DNA of 64,000 nt from Patescibacteria group bacterium (GTDB taxonomy: Bacteria > Patescibacteriota > Patescibacteriia > JAHJFT01): NCBI GenBank assembly GCA_028710985.1, contig JAQTTB010000002.1:6888-70887 (forward strand). The letters are read 5' to 3'. The notes under the pieces are model-generated. The model was not told the origin of the DNA. It searched no databases and saw only the letters and a program-made list of their open reading frames with translations. Each line of letters begins with the position of its first letter. The first letter of the stretch is position 1. A program made the position numbers and the translations under genes. Below are positions 28,424 to 39,565 of this stretch, piece after piece.

Positions 28424-29671
28424 CTATAAAATCCGTCCTCTGATCTCGCGATGATACTTCACCGCAAACCGATGCGCCTCATCGCGGACACGGACTAAAA
28501 TTGCTTTGTATTGCTCGCTGACGCGTTTAAGCTCGGGATCGAGCCGGTCGTAAATCAATTCATCTTTTTTGCGCGTAATGCCCTTGGCAATGCCGACCGC
28601 CGGAATGCGCAGCCTAAACAGACTTAAAATTTCCAGAGCGGCATTCACCTGTCCCCTACCGCCGTCAATCAGAATCAAGTCCGGATGCGGCCAGCGGTTC
28701 CGGAAACGCCGCGCCAGAACTTCTTTAAGCATGCCGGTGTCATTGGTGCCGCGGATTGTTTTAATTTTAAATTTGCGGTACTCGCCTTTCGCCGGTTCGC
28801 CTTGATCAAAAACAACCATGCTTCCGACCGCGTGCTGTCCGCTGATCATTGATATATCGTAACCCTCGACCCTTCCAAAAATATTTATGAACTTCTCGCC
28901 GGCCAGGCCGATCTCCGGAGTCGGCTCATCACGCTTTAATAAAGCGATATCCTGAATATGCTCCAATGCGCGGATTTGATTACGGACCGTTGCTGCTTTC
29001 TCGAATTTTGAATTCTCCGACAATCGCTTCATTTCTTTTTTCAGATTCGCAAGAACCCGCGTCTTCCGGCCCTGAAAAAACAAAATCAGGTTGCGGATAA
29101 TTTTTGCGTAATCCGCGCGGCTGATCTTTCCCGCGCACACTCCCGGACATTTGCCAATCTGAAAATTAAAACACGCCCGCTTCTGATTCGGTTCACAGGT
29201 GGAATACGGGATCATCTTGCGGATAAGATCCAGAGCGGCGCGCAGAGAACGCGCCGAAAGATAGGGTCCGAACACGGCTTTGAATCTATTCCTATTCATG
29301 CGCCTGAGCTCAAGTCCACGAATCAGCATGGGCCGCGGAAAATCATCTTTGGTAATCGCGAGATATAAAAAACTTTTATCATCCTTTTCGCGGATATTGT
29401 ATTTGGGCAAATACTTTTTAATCAGATTGGCCTCAAGGATAAGGGCTTCGAGCACCGACAGCGTGATCTGATAATCAATGCGCCGGATGTCCCGGACAAG
29501 GCGCGCGGTCTTGTCGTCATGGGATTTTAGAAAATACGAAGAAACCCGGCTCTTGAGCGAAGCCGCTTTGCCCACATAAATAATCTCGCCGCCCGCGTCG
29601 CGCATCAGATAAACGCCCGGTTCGGCCGGCAATAGATTATTTTTAATTTTTACGTTTTTCGGAATTGCCAT
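28424..29671 (-). CDS. uvrC: excinuclease ABC subunit C, short form (lacks C-terminal HhH)
   Basis: N-terminal GIY-YIG (GVYLMRDAGGEIIYVGKA), Cys-rich region and UvrC RNaseH-like domain; 415 aa. Confidence 0.8.
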   Translation of the reverse strand: MAIPKNVKIKNNLLPAEPGVYLMRDAGGEIIYVGKAASLKSRVSSYFLKSHDDKTARLVRDIRRIDYQITLSVLEALILEANLIKKYLPKYNIREKDDKSFLYLAITKDDFPRPMLIRGLELRRMNRNRFKAVFGPYLSARSLRAALDLIRKMIPYSTCEPNQKRACFNFQIGKCPGVCAGKISRADYAKIIRNLILFFQGRKTRVLANLKKEMKRLSENSKFEKAATVRNQIRALEHIQDIALLKRDEPTPEIGLAGEKFINIFGRVEGYDISMISGQHAVGSMVVFDQGEPAKGEYRKFKIKTIRGTNDTGMLKEVLARRFRNRWPHPDLILIDGGRGQVNAALEILSLFRLRIPAVGIAKGITRKKDELIYDRLDPELKRVSEQYKAILVRVRDEAHRFAVKYHREIRGRIL

Positions 29672-29723
29672 GACTTGACATTTTTAAGTTTATATTGTAA
29701 GTTTCGCGTATAAGGAGGCTCCC

Positions 29724-30152
29724 ATGGACCAGCACCAAGCCAATAAACTGGAAGCTCTGGGCGGTGCGGTGGTGGAGATGGTTCTTTCCAATAACAGATA
29801 CGCGATCGGCGTTATGGACAATATCGGCAGCGGCACTCTGGCAATCTACTATAAGCGTAGTGTCACTCCCGCGACATTCCAACTCGGACAAATCCAGCAC
29901 CTGTTCAAACTCGGACCGGACAAAAGATTCAATCCCGACAAGCCAGATTATCACCCCAGAGACCGCTTGATGATTGAAGCAACCGACGGATCGACCGTCT
30001 ACGGCTACTTGATACGAGAGCATGAAAATCTCTTGGCCGTGGCCGGGGTAGTCATCATGCCGAACAAGTATCACCGACCCACCTTCTTCAAGCCACACGC
30101 CGAAATCGAACGCATCACCCGCCTCATCGTCATAGAAGAAATCACCCTATAG
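29724..30152 (+). CDS. hypothetical 142-aa protein (GC-rich, opposite strand between uvrC and uvrA)
   Basis: AAGGAGG Shine-Dalgarno 6 nt upstream and a terminator immediately downstream. Preferred over the antisense ORF 29643..30098. Confidence 0.5.
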   Translation: MDQHQANKLEALGGAVVEMVLSNNRYAIGVMDNIGSGTLAIYYKRSVTPATFQLGQIQHLFKLGPDKRFNPDKPDYHPRDRLMIEATDGSTVYGYLIREHENLLAVAGVVIMPNKYHRPTFFKPHAEIERITRLIVIEEITL

Positions 30153-30157
30153 CCCCT

Positions 30158-30189
30158 TAGTCTCTGCGCCTCGCAGAGCTATTTTTTTT
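30158..30189. terminator. rho-independent terminator
   Basis: CTCTGCGCCTCGCAGAG followed by CTATTTTTTTT. Confidence 0.55.
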
Positions 30190-32749
30190 ATCTCAAAACT
30201 TTTTTTAAATATTGTCCGGTGTAGGATTTCGGATTCGCGGCAATATCTTCGGGCGTTCCCTGCGCCACCAAGCTGCCGCCGCGGTCCCCTCCCTCGGGTC
30301 CCAGATCAATCACCCAGTCCGCGGTTTTTATGACATCCAGATTATGTTCAATCACCACCACCGAATTGCCGCGGTCAACCAAGCGATGCAGAACTTCAAG
30401 CAGTTTTTTTATATCTTCAAAATGCAAACCCGTGGTCGGTTCGTCCAAAAGATAAAAAGTCCGGCCGGTCGGCCGCTTGGCCAGTTCGTTCGCCAGTTTG
30501 ACGCGCTGGGCTTCGCCGCCGGAAAGCGTGGTCGCCGGCTGGCCGAGTTCCATATATCCGAGACCGACCTCGTTCATCACCTTGAGCCGGTCGGCAATCA
30601 GCGGAATGTCTTTGAAAAATTCGTAAGCATCCCCGGCCTCCATATCCAAAACCTGTGAAATGTTTTTTTCTTTCCATTTCACTTCCAGTGTCTCGCGGTC
30701 AAAACGCTTTCCCTTGCACACTTCGCAGGTCACGTAAACCGTGGGCAGAAAATGCATTTCAATCGCGATGTATCCGTGGCCTTCGCAATGTTCGCAGCGG
30801 CCCCCGCCTGCCATCCGGCTTGAGCCGTCAGGCGATTGGCGGGCAGGGCCCGGCACGTTGAAACTGAACCGGCCCGGACGGTATCCGCGGAACTTTGCCT
30901 CCGGCGTCTGCGTGAACAGATCCCGGATGTGCGAGAACGTGCCGGTGTAGGTCGCCGGATTTGAACGCGGCGTCCGGCCGATTGCCGACTGGTCAATCAG
31001 AATCGCCTTGTCCAGATATTCAAGCCCGAGGATCTGTTTTGCCGCGCCGAGCCGGTATCCGGTGCCGTTCAGCCGGTTGGCCAGATACTTGTAGACCACG
31101 TCATACATCAGCGAACTCTTGCCCGAACCGGAAACGCCGGTAACGCAGATGAAACGCCGGAGCGGAATCTCCAGATTCAGGCCCTTGAGATTGTGCTCCT
31201 TGGCGCCGATAATCTTAATCGCGTCGCGGCCGACCGCGCGCCGTTTCGCGGGCAGAGGAATTTCTTTGTCCCGGCGCAGATAAGCGCAGGTTGACGATTC
31301 CGTGTTTTTAAAAATCTCCGGAATTTCACCGCAACACACGACCTCGCCGCCGCGCTTTCCCGCGCCCGGCCCGAAATCAACCAGATAATCCGCCGCGCGG
31401 ATTGTTTCCTCGTCGTGTTCAACCACGATAATCGTGTTGCCGATGTCGCGGAGGTTGGCCAGAGTCTCAATTAATTTCGTATTGTCTTTTTGATGAAGGC
31501 CGATGGTCGGTTCGTCCAGCACGTACAGCGCGCCGACCAGGCGCGATCCGACCTGCGAAGCGAGGCGGATCCGCTGGGCTTCTCCGCCCGAAAGAGTGCC
31601 GGCCGTGCGGTCAAGCGTCAGATATTCCACGCCAACGTCAATCATAAACTGCAGGCGGTCAAGGATTTCTTTCATGGCCGCACCGGCGATTTCTTTTTCG
31701 CGCGCGGTCAGATTCAAGCTAAGAATGAATCTGGTCGCCAAATCTATATCCATGGAAACCAGCTCGTTGATATTTTTGCCGTTTATCAGCACATTCAGCG
31801 CCTCGCGCCGCAGGCGCTTGCCATTGCAGTCCGGGCATATTTCATCCGAATAAATAAATTCCGTGCCAATGCCGTGGCAGGTCGGACAGGCGCCGTAGGG
31901 GCTATTGAAAGAAAAAAGGCGCGGCTCGATTTCCGGAAAACTGAAACCGTCGTCCGGACAGCTGAATTTGGCGGAAAGCGAACGCTCTTCCCTGCCCCCG
32001 AAAATTACGGTAACCAGATTGTTACCGTATTCAAGCGCCACTTCAAGCGATTCCGCCAGGCGCTGGCGGTTCTCTTTGCCCAGCGCGAGCACATCGCTCG
32101 CCGGAATAATATCCGTGACCAGTTCAATGGTGTGCTTCTTGTTTTTGTCTAGTAAAATCCGTCCGCTTAATTTTCTCATCTTACCGTCGACGCGCACGAA
32201 CAAAAATCCGCTGTTATACCAGTCGTACAGCATCTGATAATATTCGCCCTTGCGCCCGCGCACCGCCGGCGCCAAAATATGAATCTCCTCCGCCTTGCCC
32301 GTACCGAGCAGCTTTTTCGCGGCCTTGCCGACCGAATCCACCATCTCCTCAACCGTCATTTTTCTGATTATCTTTCCGCAGACCGGGCAATACGGCACGC
32401 CGATGCGCGCGTAAAGCACGCGCAGATAATCATAGACTTCGGTGATTGTCGCGACCGTGCTGCGCGGATTGGCGCTGTGCGCTTTCTGGTCAATGGAAAT
32501 CGCCGGCGACAATCCCTCAATCTCATCAACGTCCGGCTTCTGCATCTGCCCGAGAAACTGCCGGGCGTAAGCCGAAAGCGATTCAACATAGCGCCTTTGC
32601 CCTTCGGCGAAAATCGTATCAAAAGCCAGGCTCGATTTGCCCGAACCCGAAACGCCGGTGAAGACAACCATTTTATTGCGCGGGATCTCAAGAGAGATAT
32701 TTTTTAAGTTATGTTCCCTAGCTCCCTTGATAATAATCTTATCTTGCAT
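30188..32749 (-). CDS. uvrA: excinuclease ABC subunit A
   Basis: Two ABC ATPase modules and Zn fingers; 853 aa. Confidence 0.95.
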   Translation of the reverse strand: MQDKIIIKGAREHNLKNISLEIPRNKMVVFTGVSGSGKSSLAFDTIFAEGQRRYVESLSAYARQFLGQMQKPDVDEIEGLSPAISIDQKAHSANPRSTVATITEVYDYLRVLYARIGVPYCPVCGKIIRKMTVEEMVDSVGKAAKKLLGTGKAEEIHILAPAVRGRKGEYYQMLYDWYNSGFLFVRVDGKMRKLSGRILLDKNKKHTIELVTDIIPASDVLALGKENRQRLAESLEVALEYGNNLVTVIFGGREERSLSAKFSCPDDGFSFPEIEPRLFSFNSPYGACPTCHGIGTEFIYSDEICPDCNGKRLRREALNVLINGKNINELVSMDIDLATRFILSLNLTAREKEIAGAAMKEILDRLQFMIDVGVEYLTLDRTAGTLSGGEAQRIRLASQVGSRLVGALYVLDEPTIGLHQKDNTKLIETLANLRDIGNTIIVVEHDEETIRAADYLVDFGPGAGKRGGEVVCCGEIPEIFKNTESSTCAYLRRDKEIPLPAKRRAVGRDAIKIIGAKEHNLKGLNLEIPLRRFICVTGVSGSGKSSLMYDVVYKYLANRLNGTGYRLGAAKQILGLEYLDKAILIDQSAIGRTPRSNPATYTGTFSHIRDLFTQTPEAKFRGYRPGRFSFNVPGPARQSPDGSSRMAGGGRCEHCEGHGYIAIEMHFLPTVYVTCEVCKGKRFDRETLEVKWKEKNISQVLDMEAGDAYEFFKDIPLIADRLKVMNEVGLGYMELGQPATTLSGGEAQRVKLANELAKRPTGRTFYLLDEPTTGLHFEDIKKLLEVLHRLVDRGNSVVVIEHNLDVIKTADWVIDLGPEGGDRGGSLVAQGTPEDIAANPKSYTGQYLKKVLR

Positions 32750-32756
32750 GATTAAG

Positions 32757-32866
32757 TCTAAAATTAAAAGTTAAAAGTCTAAAGTCAAGTTAAAAGTCTA
32801 AAAGTTTATAATTCAATGACTTTTAACTCAACTTTTAACTTTAGACTTTTGACTAAACTTTTTCAG
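32757..32866. repeat. AT-rich long imperfect palindrome (AAAAGTCTAAAG repeats)
   Basis: AAAGTTAAAAGTCTAAAGTCAAGTTAAAAGTCTAAAAG ... CTTTTAACTCAACTTTTAACTTTAGACTTTTGAC. Confidence 0.45.
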
Positions 32867-32877
32867 AGAATATTATT

Positions 32878-33489
32878 CTATTGTAAATATGTCGGTGCTT
32901 TTCTCATATAAATATCCCAAAATGCGAGAAGACTCGCCATCCAGTCCCTCATGGTGAACCAGGCGATTTTTTGATAAGACCGGATGTCGACGCTGATTCC
33001 CCACGCATCCAATCCGATTTTATTGCACAAATAAAGGGCGCGCGGCAGATGGAAATTCTGCGTTACCAGAACAACCTTATTCTGGCCCAGTTCGTTCTTC
33101 AGGCGGTAGCAGCTGTCAAACGTCCGCGCGTTATTGCCGTCAACCAGCAGCATTTCATCCGGCACGCCGTTATCATACATATAAAGGACCATGGCCTGGA
33201 TCTCGGGCTGCGCCCAACGGCCGTCATCGCCGCTCAAAATGATTTTTTCGGTCTTTTGCGCCCGCCACGCCCGCACCGCGGTCTCAAGCCTGTCTTCCAG
33301 CGCATCGCTCGGCGTTTTGTCGCGTTTTACACTCGCACCAAGGACCACCATTACCGAATTCTCGGGCAGTGATTCAATGCTGTCGTAAATCTTATACGAA
33401 TATTCAGTCCGCACGCTGTAGGCCAGACCTCCGGCCGCGAGCATCGCCACCACGGTCAGTAAAATTACGATTTTAAGAAATGTTTTCAT
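32878..33489 (-). CDS. DUF218 (SanA/YdcF/ElyC-like) membrane-anchored protein
   Basis: N-terminal TM; DUF218-like core (VLGASV..., ILSGDDG...). Confidence 0.65.
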   Translation of the reverse strand: MKTFLKIVILLTVVAMLAAGGLAYSVRTEYSYKIYDSIESLPENSVMVVLGASVKRDKTPSDALEDRLETAVRAWRAQKTEKIILSGDDGRWAQPEIQAMVLYMYDNGVPDEMLLVDGNNARTFDSCYRLKNELGQNKVVLVTQNFHLPRALYLCNKIGLDAWGISVDIRSYQKIAWFTMRDWMASLLAFWDIYMRKAPTYLQ

Positions 33490-35486
33490 TGCTTCTTTTT
33501 GAGCACTTTAATTTCATCGCGTAAAACCGCCGCGAGTTCAAACTGCAGCTCAGCCGCCGCTTCTTTCATCTGCCGCTCCTTGTCAGCGATAATTTCCGAA
33601 ATACTGCGGATCTCGGCCGCGATTTCCATACCTAAAATATCCTTCACGTCCCTTTCTTCAAGGCCCAGTATCTTTGTGATATCTTTGATTTTCTTCTTAA
33701 TAGTACGCGGCGTGATGCCGTATTTTTTATTGTAGGCGGCCTGTTTTTTGCGGCGCCGGTTGGTTTCCCCCAGCGCCTGGCGCATGGAACCGGTTATCTC
33801 ATCGGCGTATAGAATGACCTCTCCGCGCACATTGCGGGCCGCTCGGCCGATTGTCTGGACAAGTGAAGTCGCGGAGCGCAGAAATCCTTCCTTATCCGCG
33901 TCCATAATTGCGACCAAGGTCACCTCGGGCAAATCCAATCCTTCACGCAGAAGATTAACGCCAACCAGACAGTCAAACTGGCCCTTGCGGAAACTCGTCA
34001 AAATACGGATGCGCTCCAGGGTGTCAATGCCGCTGTGCAGATACTTTGCTTTAATTCCCTGCTCGAGCAGGTAGTCGGATAAATCCTCGGCCATTTTTTT
34101 AGTGAGAGTTGTCACCAATGAACGCTCCTTGAGACGCGTTCTCTCTTTTACCTCATTGATCAGATCTTCAACCTGGCTTTTGTTCTTACCCTTGGCGGTC
34201 ACCGGCCGCACCGTCACCTCGGGATCAACGAGCCCAGTCGGACGGATAATTTGTTCAACAATCTTGCCGCTCACCTTCATCTCGTACGGACCGGGAGTTG
34301 CGGAGGTAAAAATACAATTCAGAATTTTTTTCTCAAATTCAGAGAATGTCAGCGGCCGATTGTCGTACGCGCTCGGCAGGCGGAATCCGTGATCAATCAA
34401 AGCTTTTTTGCGCGAACGGTCGCCGTTATACATGCCGCCGACCTGCGGCACCGTGACGTGCGATTCGTCGATTACCATCAGGAAATCTTCGGGAAAATAG
34501 GAAATCAAAGTATCCGGCGGTTCTCCGGCCTTGCGTCCGGCGAGATGCCGAGAATAATTTTCAATGCCCGAGCAGTAACCGATCTCGTTCATCATCTCCA
34601 GATCGTATCTGGTACGGCGCTCCAGCCGCTCGGCCTCGAGCAACAAACCGTTTTTATTAAAATATTTCAGACGCTCTTCCATTTCGGCGCGAATCTCCTT
34701 CAGTGCCCGCGCTTTATCCGGCCCCAGGGTAATAAAATGCTTGGCCGGAAAAATCCACGCCTCTTTGAGCGATTCGCGCCTTTTGCGCGACACCGGATCA
34801 ATAGCCTGGATATCCGCAACCTCGTCCGTCCCCAGTTCAACGCGGAAGATTATCTCCTGATTGACCGGCATTATTTCAAAAATATTGCCGCGCGCCCGGA
34901 ACTGTCCGCGCTTTACGTCAGCGTTGGTCCGATTAAATTGCAATTTGATTAACTCACGCATCAATTTAGTCCGTTCCATGGCCCGGCCGGTTTCAATTTT
35001 CAAAACAACCTTTTCGTAAGTTTCCGGCGCGCCCAGGCCGTAAATGCATGATACCGAAGCCACGATAATCACATCCCTGCGCGTCAGCAGGGCCTGGGTG
35101 GCCGCGTGGCGCAGGCGATCGATCTCATCGTTAATATCCGCTTCCTTCTCAATATATGTATCGGTATGAGGCAGATATGCTTCCGGCTGGTAATAATCAT
35201 AATAGGAAACAAAATACTCCACCGCGTTTTCCGGAAAAAATTCGCGGTATTCGTTGCAGAGCTGGGCGGCCAGGGTCTTATTGTGCGCGATCACGAGCGT
35301 CGGCTTCTTGACGCGCGCGATCACGTTCGCCACGGTAAAAGTCTTGCCCGAGCCGGTCACTCCGAGCAGGGTTTGATAGCGCATTCCCCGCGCCACGCCG
35401 GCGGCCAATTTTTCAATGGCCTGAGGCTGGTCGCCCGAAGGCTTGTATTTTGATTTCAGCTTAAAATTCATAAAAAGCTGGGCCAT
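33486..35486 (-). CDS. uvrB: excinuclease ABC subunit B
   Basis: 666 aa with helicase motifs and the C-terminal UvrB/UvrC interaction helix. Confidence 0.95.
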   Translation of the reverse strand: MAQLFMNFKLKSKYKPSGDQPQAIEKLAAGVARGMRYQTLLGVTGSGKTFTVANVIARVKKPTLVIAHNKTLAAQLCNEYREFFPENAVEYFVSYYDYYQPEAYLPHTDTYIEKEADINDEIDRLRHAATQALLTRRDVIIVASVSCIYGLGAPETYEKVVLKIETGRAMERTKLMRELIKLQFNRTNADVKRGQFRARGNIFEIMPVNQEIIFRVELGTDEVADIQAIDPVSRKRRESLKEAWIFPAKHFITLGPDKARALKEIRAEMEERLKYFNKNGLLLEAERLERRTRYDLEMMNEIGYCSGIENYSRHLAGRKAGEPPDTLISYFPEDFLMVIDESHVTVPQVGGMYNGDRSRKKALIDHGFRLPSAYDNRPLTFSEFEKKILNCIFTSATPGPYEMKVSGKIVEQIIRPTGLVDPEVTVRPVTAKGKNKSQVEDLINEVKERTRLKERSLVTTLTKKMAEDLSDYLLEQGIKAKYLHSGIDTLERIRILTSFRKGQFDCLVGVNLLREGLDLPEVTLVAIMDADKEGFLRSATSLVQTIGRAARNVRGEVILYADEITGSMRQALGETNRRRKKQAAYNKKYGITPRTIKKKIKDITKILGLEERDVKDILGMEIAAEIRSISEIIADKERQMKEAAAELQFELAAVLRDEIKVLKKKQ

Positions 35487-35612
35487 TAATACAAATCACC
35501 CCCCTCCTCGGCCCATGCAGGGGGGTATGAAAGATCCTTCACTTCGTTTCCGCCTTAGGCGGATTGAATAAATCAACGGTCTCAATTTAATCCGATTTTA
35601 GCACCTTATCGT

Positions 35613-36962
35613 CTAAAATTCAATTGTCTGCCCAAATGCCGGCACCGCGGCATCGAGCCCGAGCTCGTCGCGCAGTCTGGCCGCCAAGGCCCGGCTCGCC
35701 GCTTCATCTCCATGTACGCAAAAAATCTGCTTTGGCATTGTATCCGCGTTTTTTACCCAATTTATCAGCTTGTTCTGATCGCCATGCGCGGAATAGGAAT
35801 CCAGGGCCACGACCTCGGCCTTCACGCTGATTGCCCGACCGTGAATCTCCACGTGCCGGGCACCCTCGCTGATTCTCCGGCCGAGCGTGCCGCTCGCCTG
35901 ATATGACACAATGAGCAGGGTGCTATTCGGATCCTGGAGATGGCGCTCCAGATGGAACTGGATGCGGCCACCGGTCATCATGCCGCTACCCGCAATGATC
36001 ACCATCGGCGGCTTAATGTCATTAATTTTTTTGGATTCATCCACGCTCAGCGTTTCGTGCAAATTCTTAAAATCAAAGATATCATCTCCGGTTTTTTGCA
36101 GTCCAAGCGCGTCATTGTCATAATATCTGATGTAGTCGCGATAAACCTCGAGCGAACGAATCGCGAGCGGACTGTCCACAAAAATCGGCACGCTTGGAAT
36201 TTTATTATTTTCCACCATGCCATTGAGCTCATATAAAATCTCCTGCGTGCGCTCAATGGAAAAGGCCGGTATCAAAAGCGCGCCTCCGCGCTTCACAGTT
36301 CGGAGTATCACCTCTTGCAATTTCTCTTCACGTCCCGGCGCCGGCTCATGCAAACGGTCGCCGTAGGTTGATTCCAAAAGCAAAAAATCGCAGCCCGGCC
36401 GCGGCATGGTATCTTTAATAATCGGCACCCCGTCGTTTCCGATGTCCCCGGAAAAAATCACGGTTTTCCCTTCGGTCTTGACCAAAACAAACGCCGAACC
36501 AAAAATGTGTCCGGCGTCATAAAACTCAAAAAATATTCCCGGTTCGGGCTCAATGATCCGCCGGTAATCCGCACAATCAAAAAGATTAACCGCACGCTTT
36601 ACATCCGCTTCATGATACAGCGGCTCCTGGCCGTAATACTTCCTACCCATTTCCATGACATTGACGCTATCCATCCACATCAGTTCATTGAGCCGACAGG
36701 TCGGCGCGGTTGAAAAAATCGGCCCGCGAAATCCCTCGCGAACCAACCGGGGAATACGCCCGGTATGATCGATGTGCGAATGAGTGATAATTACCCAATC
36801 AATTTTCGTGGGATCAAACGGAAACGGTTCGTGATTACGCAAATCCGAATACCGCTCGCCCTGAAACATGCCGCACTCGACCAAAAACTTTTTACCGGCC
36901 GCCTCCACGAGATAACACGAGCCCGTCACCTCGCCGGCCGCGCCCAAGAAAGTGAGTTTCAT
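35613..36962 (-). CDS. MBL-fold beta-CASP ribonuclease (RNase J/CPSF-like)
   Basis: HSHIDHTG motif and beta-CASP region; 449 aa. Confidence 0.8.
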   Translation of the reverse strand: MKLTFLGAAGEVTGSCYLVEAAGKKFLVECGMFQGERYSDLRNHEPFPFDPTKIDWVIITHSHIDHTGRIPRLVREGFRGPIFSTAPTCRLNELMWMDSVNVMEMGRKYYGQEPLYHEADVKRAVNLFDCADYRRIIEPEPGIFFEFYDAGHIFGSAFVLVKTEGKTVIFSGDIGNDGVPIIKDTMPRPGCDFLLLESTYGDRLHEPAPGREEKLQEVILRTVKRGGALLIPAFSIERTQEILYELNGMVENNKIPSVPIFVDSPLAIRSLEVYRDYIRYYDNDALGLQKTGDDIFDFKNLHETLSVDESKKINDIKPPMVIIAGSGMMTGGRIQFHLERHLQDPNSTLLIVSYQASGTLGRRISEGARHVEIHGRAISVKAEVVALDSYSAHGDQNKLINWVKNADTMPKQIFCVHGDEAASRALAARLRDELGLDAAVPAFGQTIEF

Positions 36963-36968
36963 TAAATG

Positions 36969-37694
36969 TTATTGAATACTGGCAGTTGAAATCTTGCCGA
37001 GATTTTCAGACGTGATGCCCAACCCAAGCGTTCTCATGATATTATATGCATCTTCCGGCCGTCCGAGATAATATTTTTTCTTATCCTTAGGATAAATATA
37101 ATAAGCTTCGCCGTGGGATTGCACATCCAATAAGATTCGACCGACTACGTAATCAGGAAAATAAGTGGTGTTCGAGATAAAACTGTGCGTGGCGCCGAGT
37201 CCGAGCTTGCGCATGATATCAAAAGCATCCGCCGCCCGTCCGAGATAATACCGCCTCAGATTAACCGGATAGTAATAATATGCCTCGCCATGGCTCTGCA
37301 CATCAAGAAAAATATAACCCTTATACCGCGCCAGACTCGCGGCGGTTTCTGTCGATGCCCCGGACGAACCGGTTGAACCGGTCGTGGTAAGCGCCTTTGA
37401 GGTTGACTGCATCAGCGCCGCGCCGACCCAGCCCTCGGTTCCGTTTGACAATCGGACATTATTCCAACCGTCGGTATAACCAATGACACTAATCACGCTG
37501 CCCTTTACCACCGTGGTAAGTATCTTTGAATCGGTAGTGCATGGAAAATCGCGCACATACGCAGAGATAATCACTTCTCCGTTTTCATTTCTGTCGTAAA
37601 TCGGATCGCATCCGCAACACTCGCCTGCCCGGACCGGATTGGCCACAACCGCCATAGCGGCGAATAAAATCGCACAAATCACAAATATTCTCAT
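36969..37694 (-). CDS. secreted hypothetical protein with SH3-like region and duplicated 'LDVQSHGEAYYxYP...YYLGR' modules
   Basis: Signal peptide and two internal repeats of about 55 aa. Confidence 0.45.
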   Translation of the reverse strand: MRIFVICAILFAAMAVVANPVRAGECCGCDPIYDRNENGEVIISAYVRDFPCTTDSKILTTVVKGSVISVIGYTDGWNNVRLSNGTEGWVGAALMQSTSKALTTTGSTGSSGASTETAASLARYKGYIFLDVQSHGEAYYYYPVNLRRYYLGRAADAFDIMRKLGLGATHSFISNTTYFPDYVVGRILLDVQSHGEAYYIYPKDKKKYYLGRPEDAYNIMRTLGLGITSENLGKISTASIQ

Positions 37695-37762
37695 ATTATT
37701 AATTTAATCATTATCCATGTTTCATTATAACAAAATAGCTTCATCTTTGACAGATGAAGCTA

Positions 37763-39565
37763 TCATCGCGATCCTCCTGCCCTCCGCCGCGACGCCCGGA
37801 TCCTGTCCGTGTCCGTCAGCAGCTGCTTGCGCAAACGAACGCTCTGCGGCGTTATCTCCATATACTCGTCTTCGGCCATGATTTCCAGGCCGCGTTCCAG
37901 GGTCAATTCCACCGGCGGATCGAGCTGAATCGCGATATCCGAACTCGATGAACGCATATTGGTCAGATGCTTGCCCTTGATTGGATTAACCGTCATATCA
38001 TCGCCCTTGGCCGTATTGCCGATAACCTGGCCCTCGTACACCTCCACGTTCGGCTTTACGAACAGGGCCCCGCGGTTTTCCAGATTGGCGAGCGAATAGG
38101 CCAGTACCTTACCGGTTTCTCCAGAGATCATTGAACCCACATCGCGCTTCTCGATTTCTCCGACATGCGGTTTAAAGCCGATAAATTCACTGCACAGAAT
38201 CCCCTCGCCGCGCGTATCCACGATGAATTCACTGCGGTAGCCCAGCATGCCCCGCGTCGGTATTTCAAAAATCAAACGTGTATGATTTTGCTCGGGCCGC
38301 ATTTCCAGCATCTTGCCTTTCCGCTTTGACATTTTTTCAATCACCGTACCGACCGCATCTGAATTAATATCAATTGTCACCTCCTCGAACGGTTCTAGGC
38401 GGACGTCATTTTCTTCTTTAACAATAACCTGCGGCTGTGAAACCTGAAGTTCAAAACCCTCGCGGCGCATATTTTCCAAAAGTATGGCGATGTGCAATTC
38501 GCCCCGTCCGTAAACCTTGTACGACTCAACCGGCGAAAAATCGATTTTCAAACCCACGTTCACTTCAAGTTCTTTTTCCAGACGCTCCTTGATTTGCCGG
38601 CTGGTAACGAATCGACCCTCGCGTCCGGCAAACGGCGAATTATTAACCAAAAAATTCAAAGAAATTGTCGGGTCATCGATTTTTATGGCGGCGAGCAATT
38701 TCTGGTCCGGATCACGGCAGACCGTGTCGCCAATATATATCTGCGGCAATCCGGCGATCATAACGATGTCTCCGGCCGTAACCTCGGATACCTCTTTTCT
38801 GACCACGCCCTCAAAAGTAAAAAGCTTGGTGATCTCTCCAGGTACTATTTCGCCGGTGTGCTTTTTGACAAAAACATTGTCACCGACATGCGCCGCGCCC
38901 TGATATACCCTGCCGATACCCATGCGGCCGAGATAATTATCGTACGCCAAATTAAACGGCTGAAAAGCAAGAGGCAGATCAACCTCCGCCTCGGCCGGCA
39001 TCACCTTTTCCAAAATCGTATCCAGAAGCGGAGTCAAATCGCTTGACTCATCCGCGAGATTCATCTTAGCGATCCCCTGCTTAGCGATGGCATAGACCGT
39101 GGTGAAATCAAGCTGCTCATCGGTCGCACCCAAATCCATAAATAATTCCAGAATTTTTTCATGCGTCCAGTCAGGCCGCGCCGCCAGTTTGTCAATTTTG
39201 TTAATTACCACAATCGGCTTCAGGCCAAGGGCCAAAGATTTTTTTAAAACAAACTTTGTCTGGGGCATCGGACCCTCCTGCGCGTCCACGAGTAAAAGCA
39301 CGGAATCAATGGAGCGCAGAACGCGCTCCACCTCGGAACCGAAATCCGCATGTCCCGGAGTATCCACGATATTAATTTTTGTACCCCTGTAAAAAACCGA
39401 CGTATTTTTTGAATAGATAGTAATACCGCGCTCTTTCTCAAGAGCGTTTGAATCCATGCTGGTTTCATCATCGCTCACCATGCCGGTCTGACGCATCAGC
39501 GCGTCGGTCAGGCGCGTCTTGCCATGGTCAACATGGGCGATGATCGCGATATTGCGTATTTCCAT
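37763..39565 (-). CDS. typA: translational GTPase TypA/BipA
   Basis: AHVDHGKT G1 motif and EF-G-like domains; 600 aa. Confidence 0.95.
   Translation of the reverse strand: MEIRNIAIIAHVDHGKTRLTDALMRQTGMVSDDETSMDSNALEKERGITIYSKNTSVFYRGTKINIVDTPGHADFGSEVERVLRSIDSVLLLVDAQEGPMPQTKFVLKKSLALGLKPIVVINKIDKLAARPDWTHEKILELFMDLGATDEQLDFTTVYAIAKQGIAKMNLADESSDLTPLLDTILEKVMPAEAEVDLPLAFQPFNLAYDNYLGRMGIGRVYQGAAHVGDNVFVKKHTGEIVPGEITKLFTFEGVVRKEVSEVTAGDIVMIAGLPQIYIGDTVCRDPDQKLLAAIKIDDPTISLNFLVNNSPFAGREGRFVTSRQIKERLEKELEVNVGLKIDFSPVESYKVYGRGELHIAILLENMRREGFELQVSQPQVIVKEENDVRLEPFEEVTIDINSDAVGTVIEKMSKRKGKMLEMRPEQNHTRLIFEIPTRGMLGYRSEFIVDTRGEGILCSEFIGFKPHVGEIEKRDVGSMISGETGKVLAYSLANLENRGALFVKPNVEVYEGQVIGNTAKGDDMTVNPIKGKHLTNMRSSSSDIAIQLDPPVELTLERGLEIMAEDEYMEITPQSVRLRKQLLTDTDRIRASRRRAGGSR

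Noticed and set aside
29643-30098. Minus-strand ORF 29643..30098 overlapping uvrC and the 29724..30152 gene
   Set aside because: It overlaps the uvrC start and lacks a Shine-Dalgarno. The plus-strand ORF has AAGGAGG at optimal spacing and a terminator.
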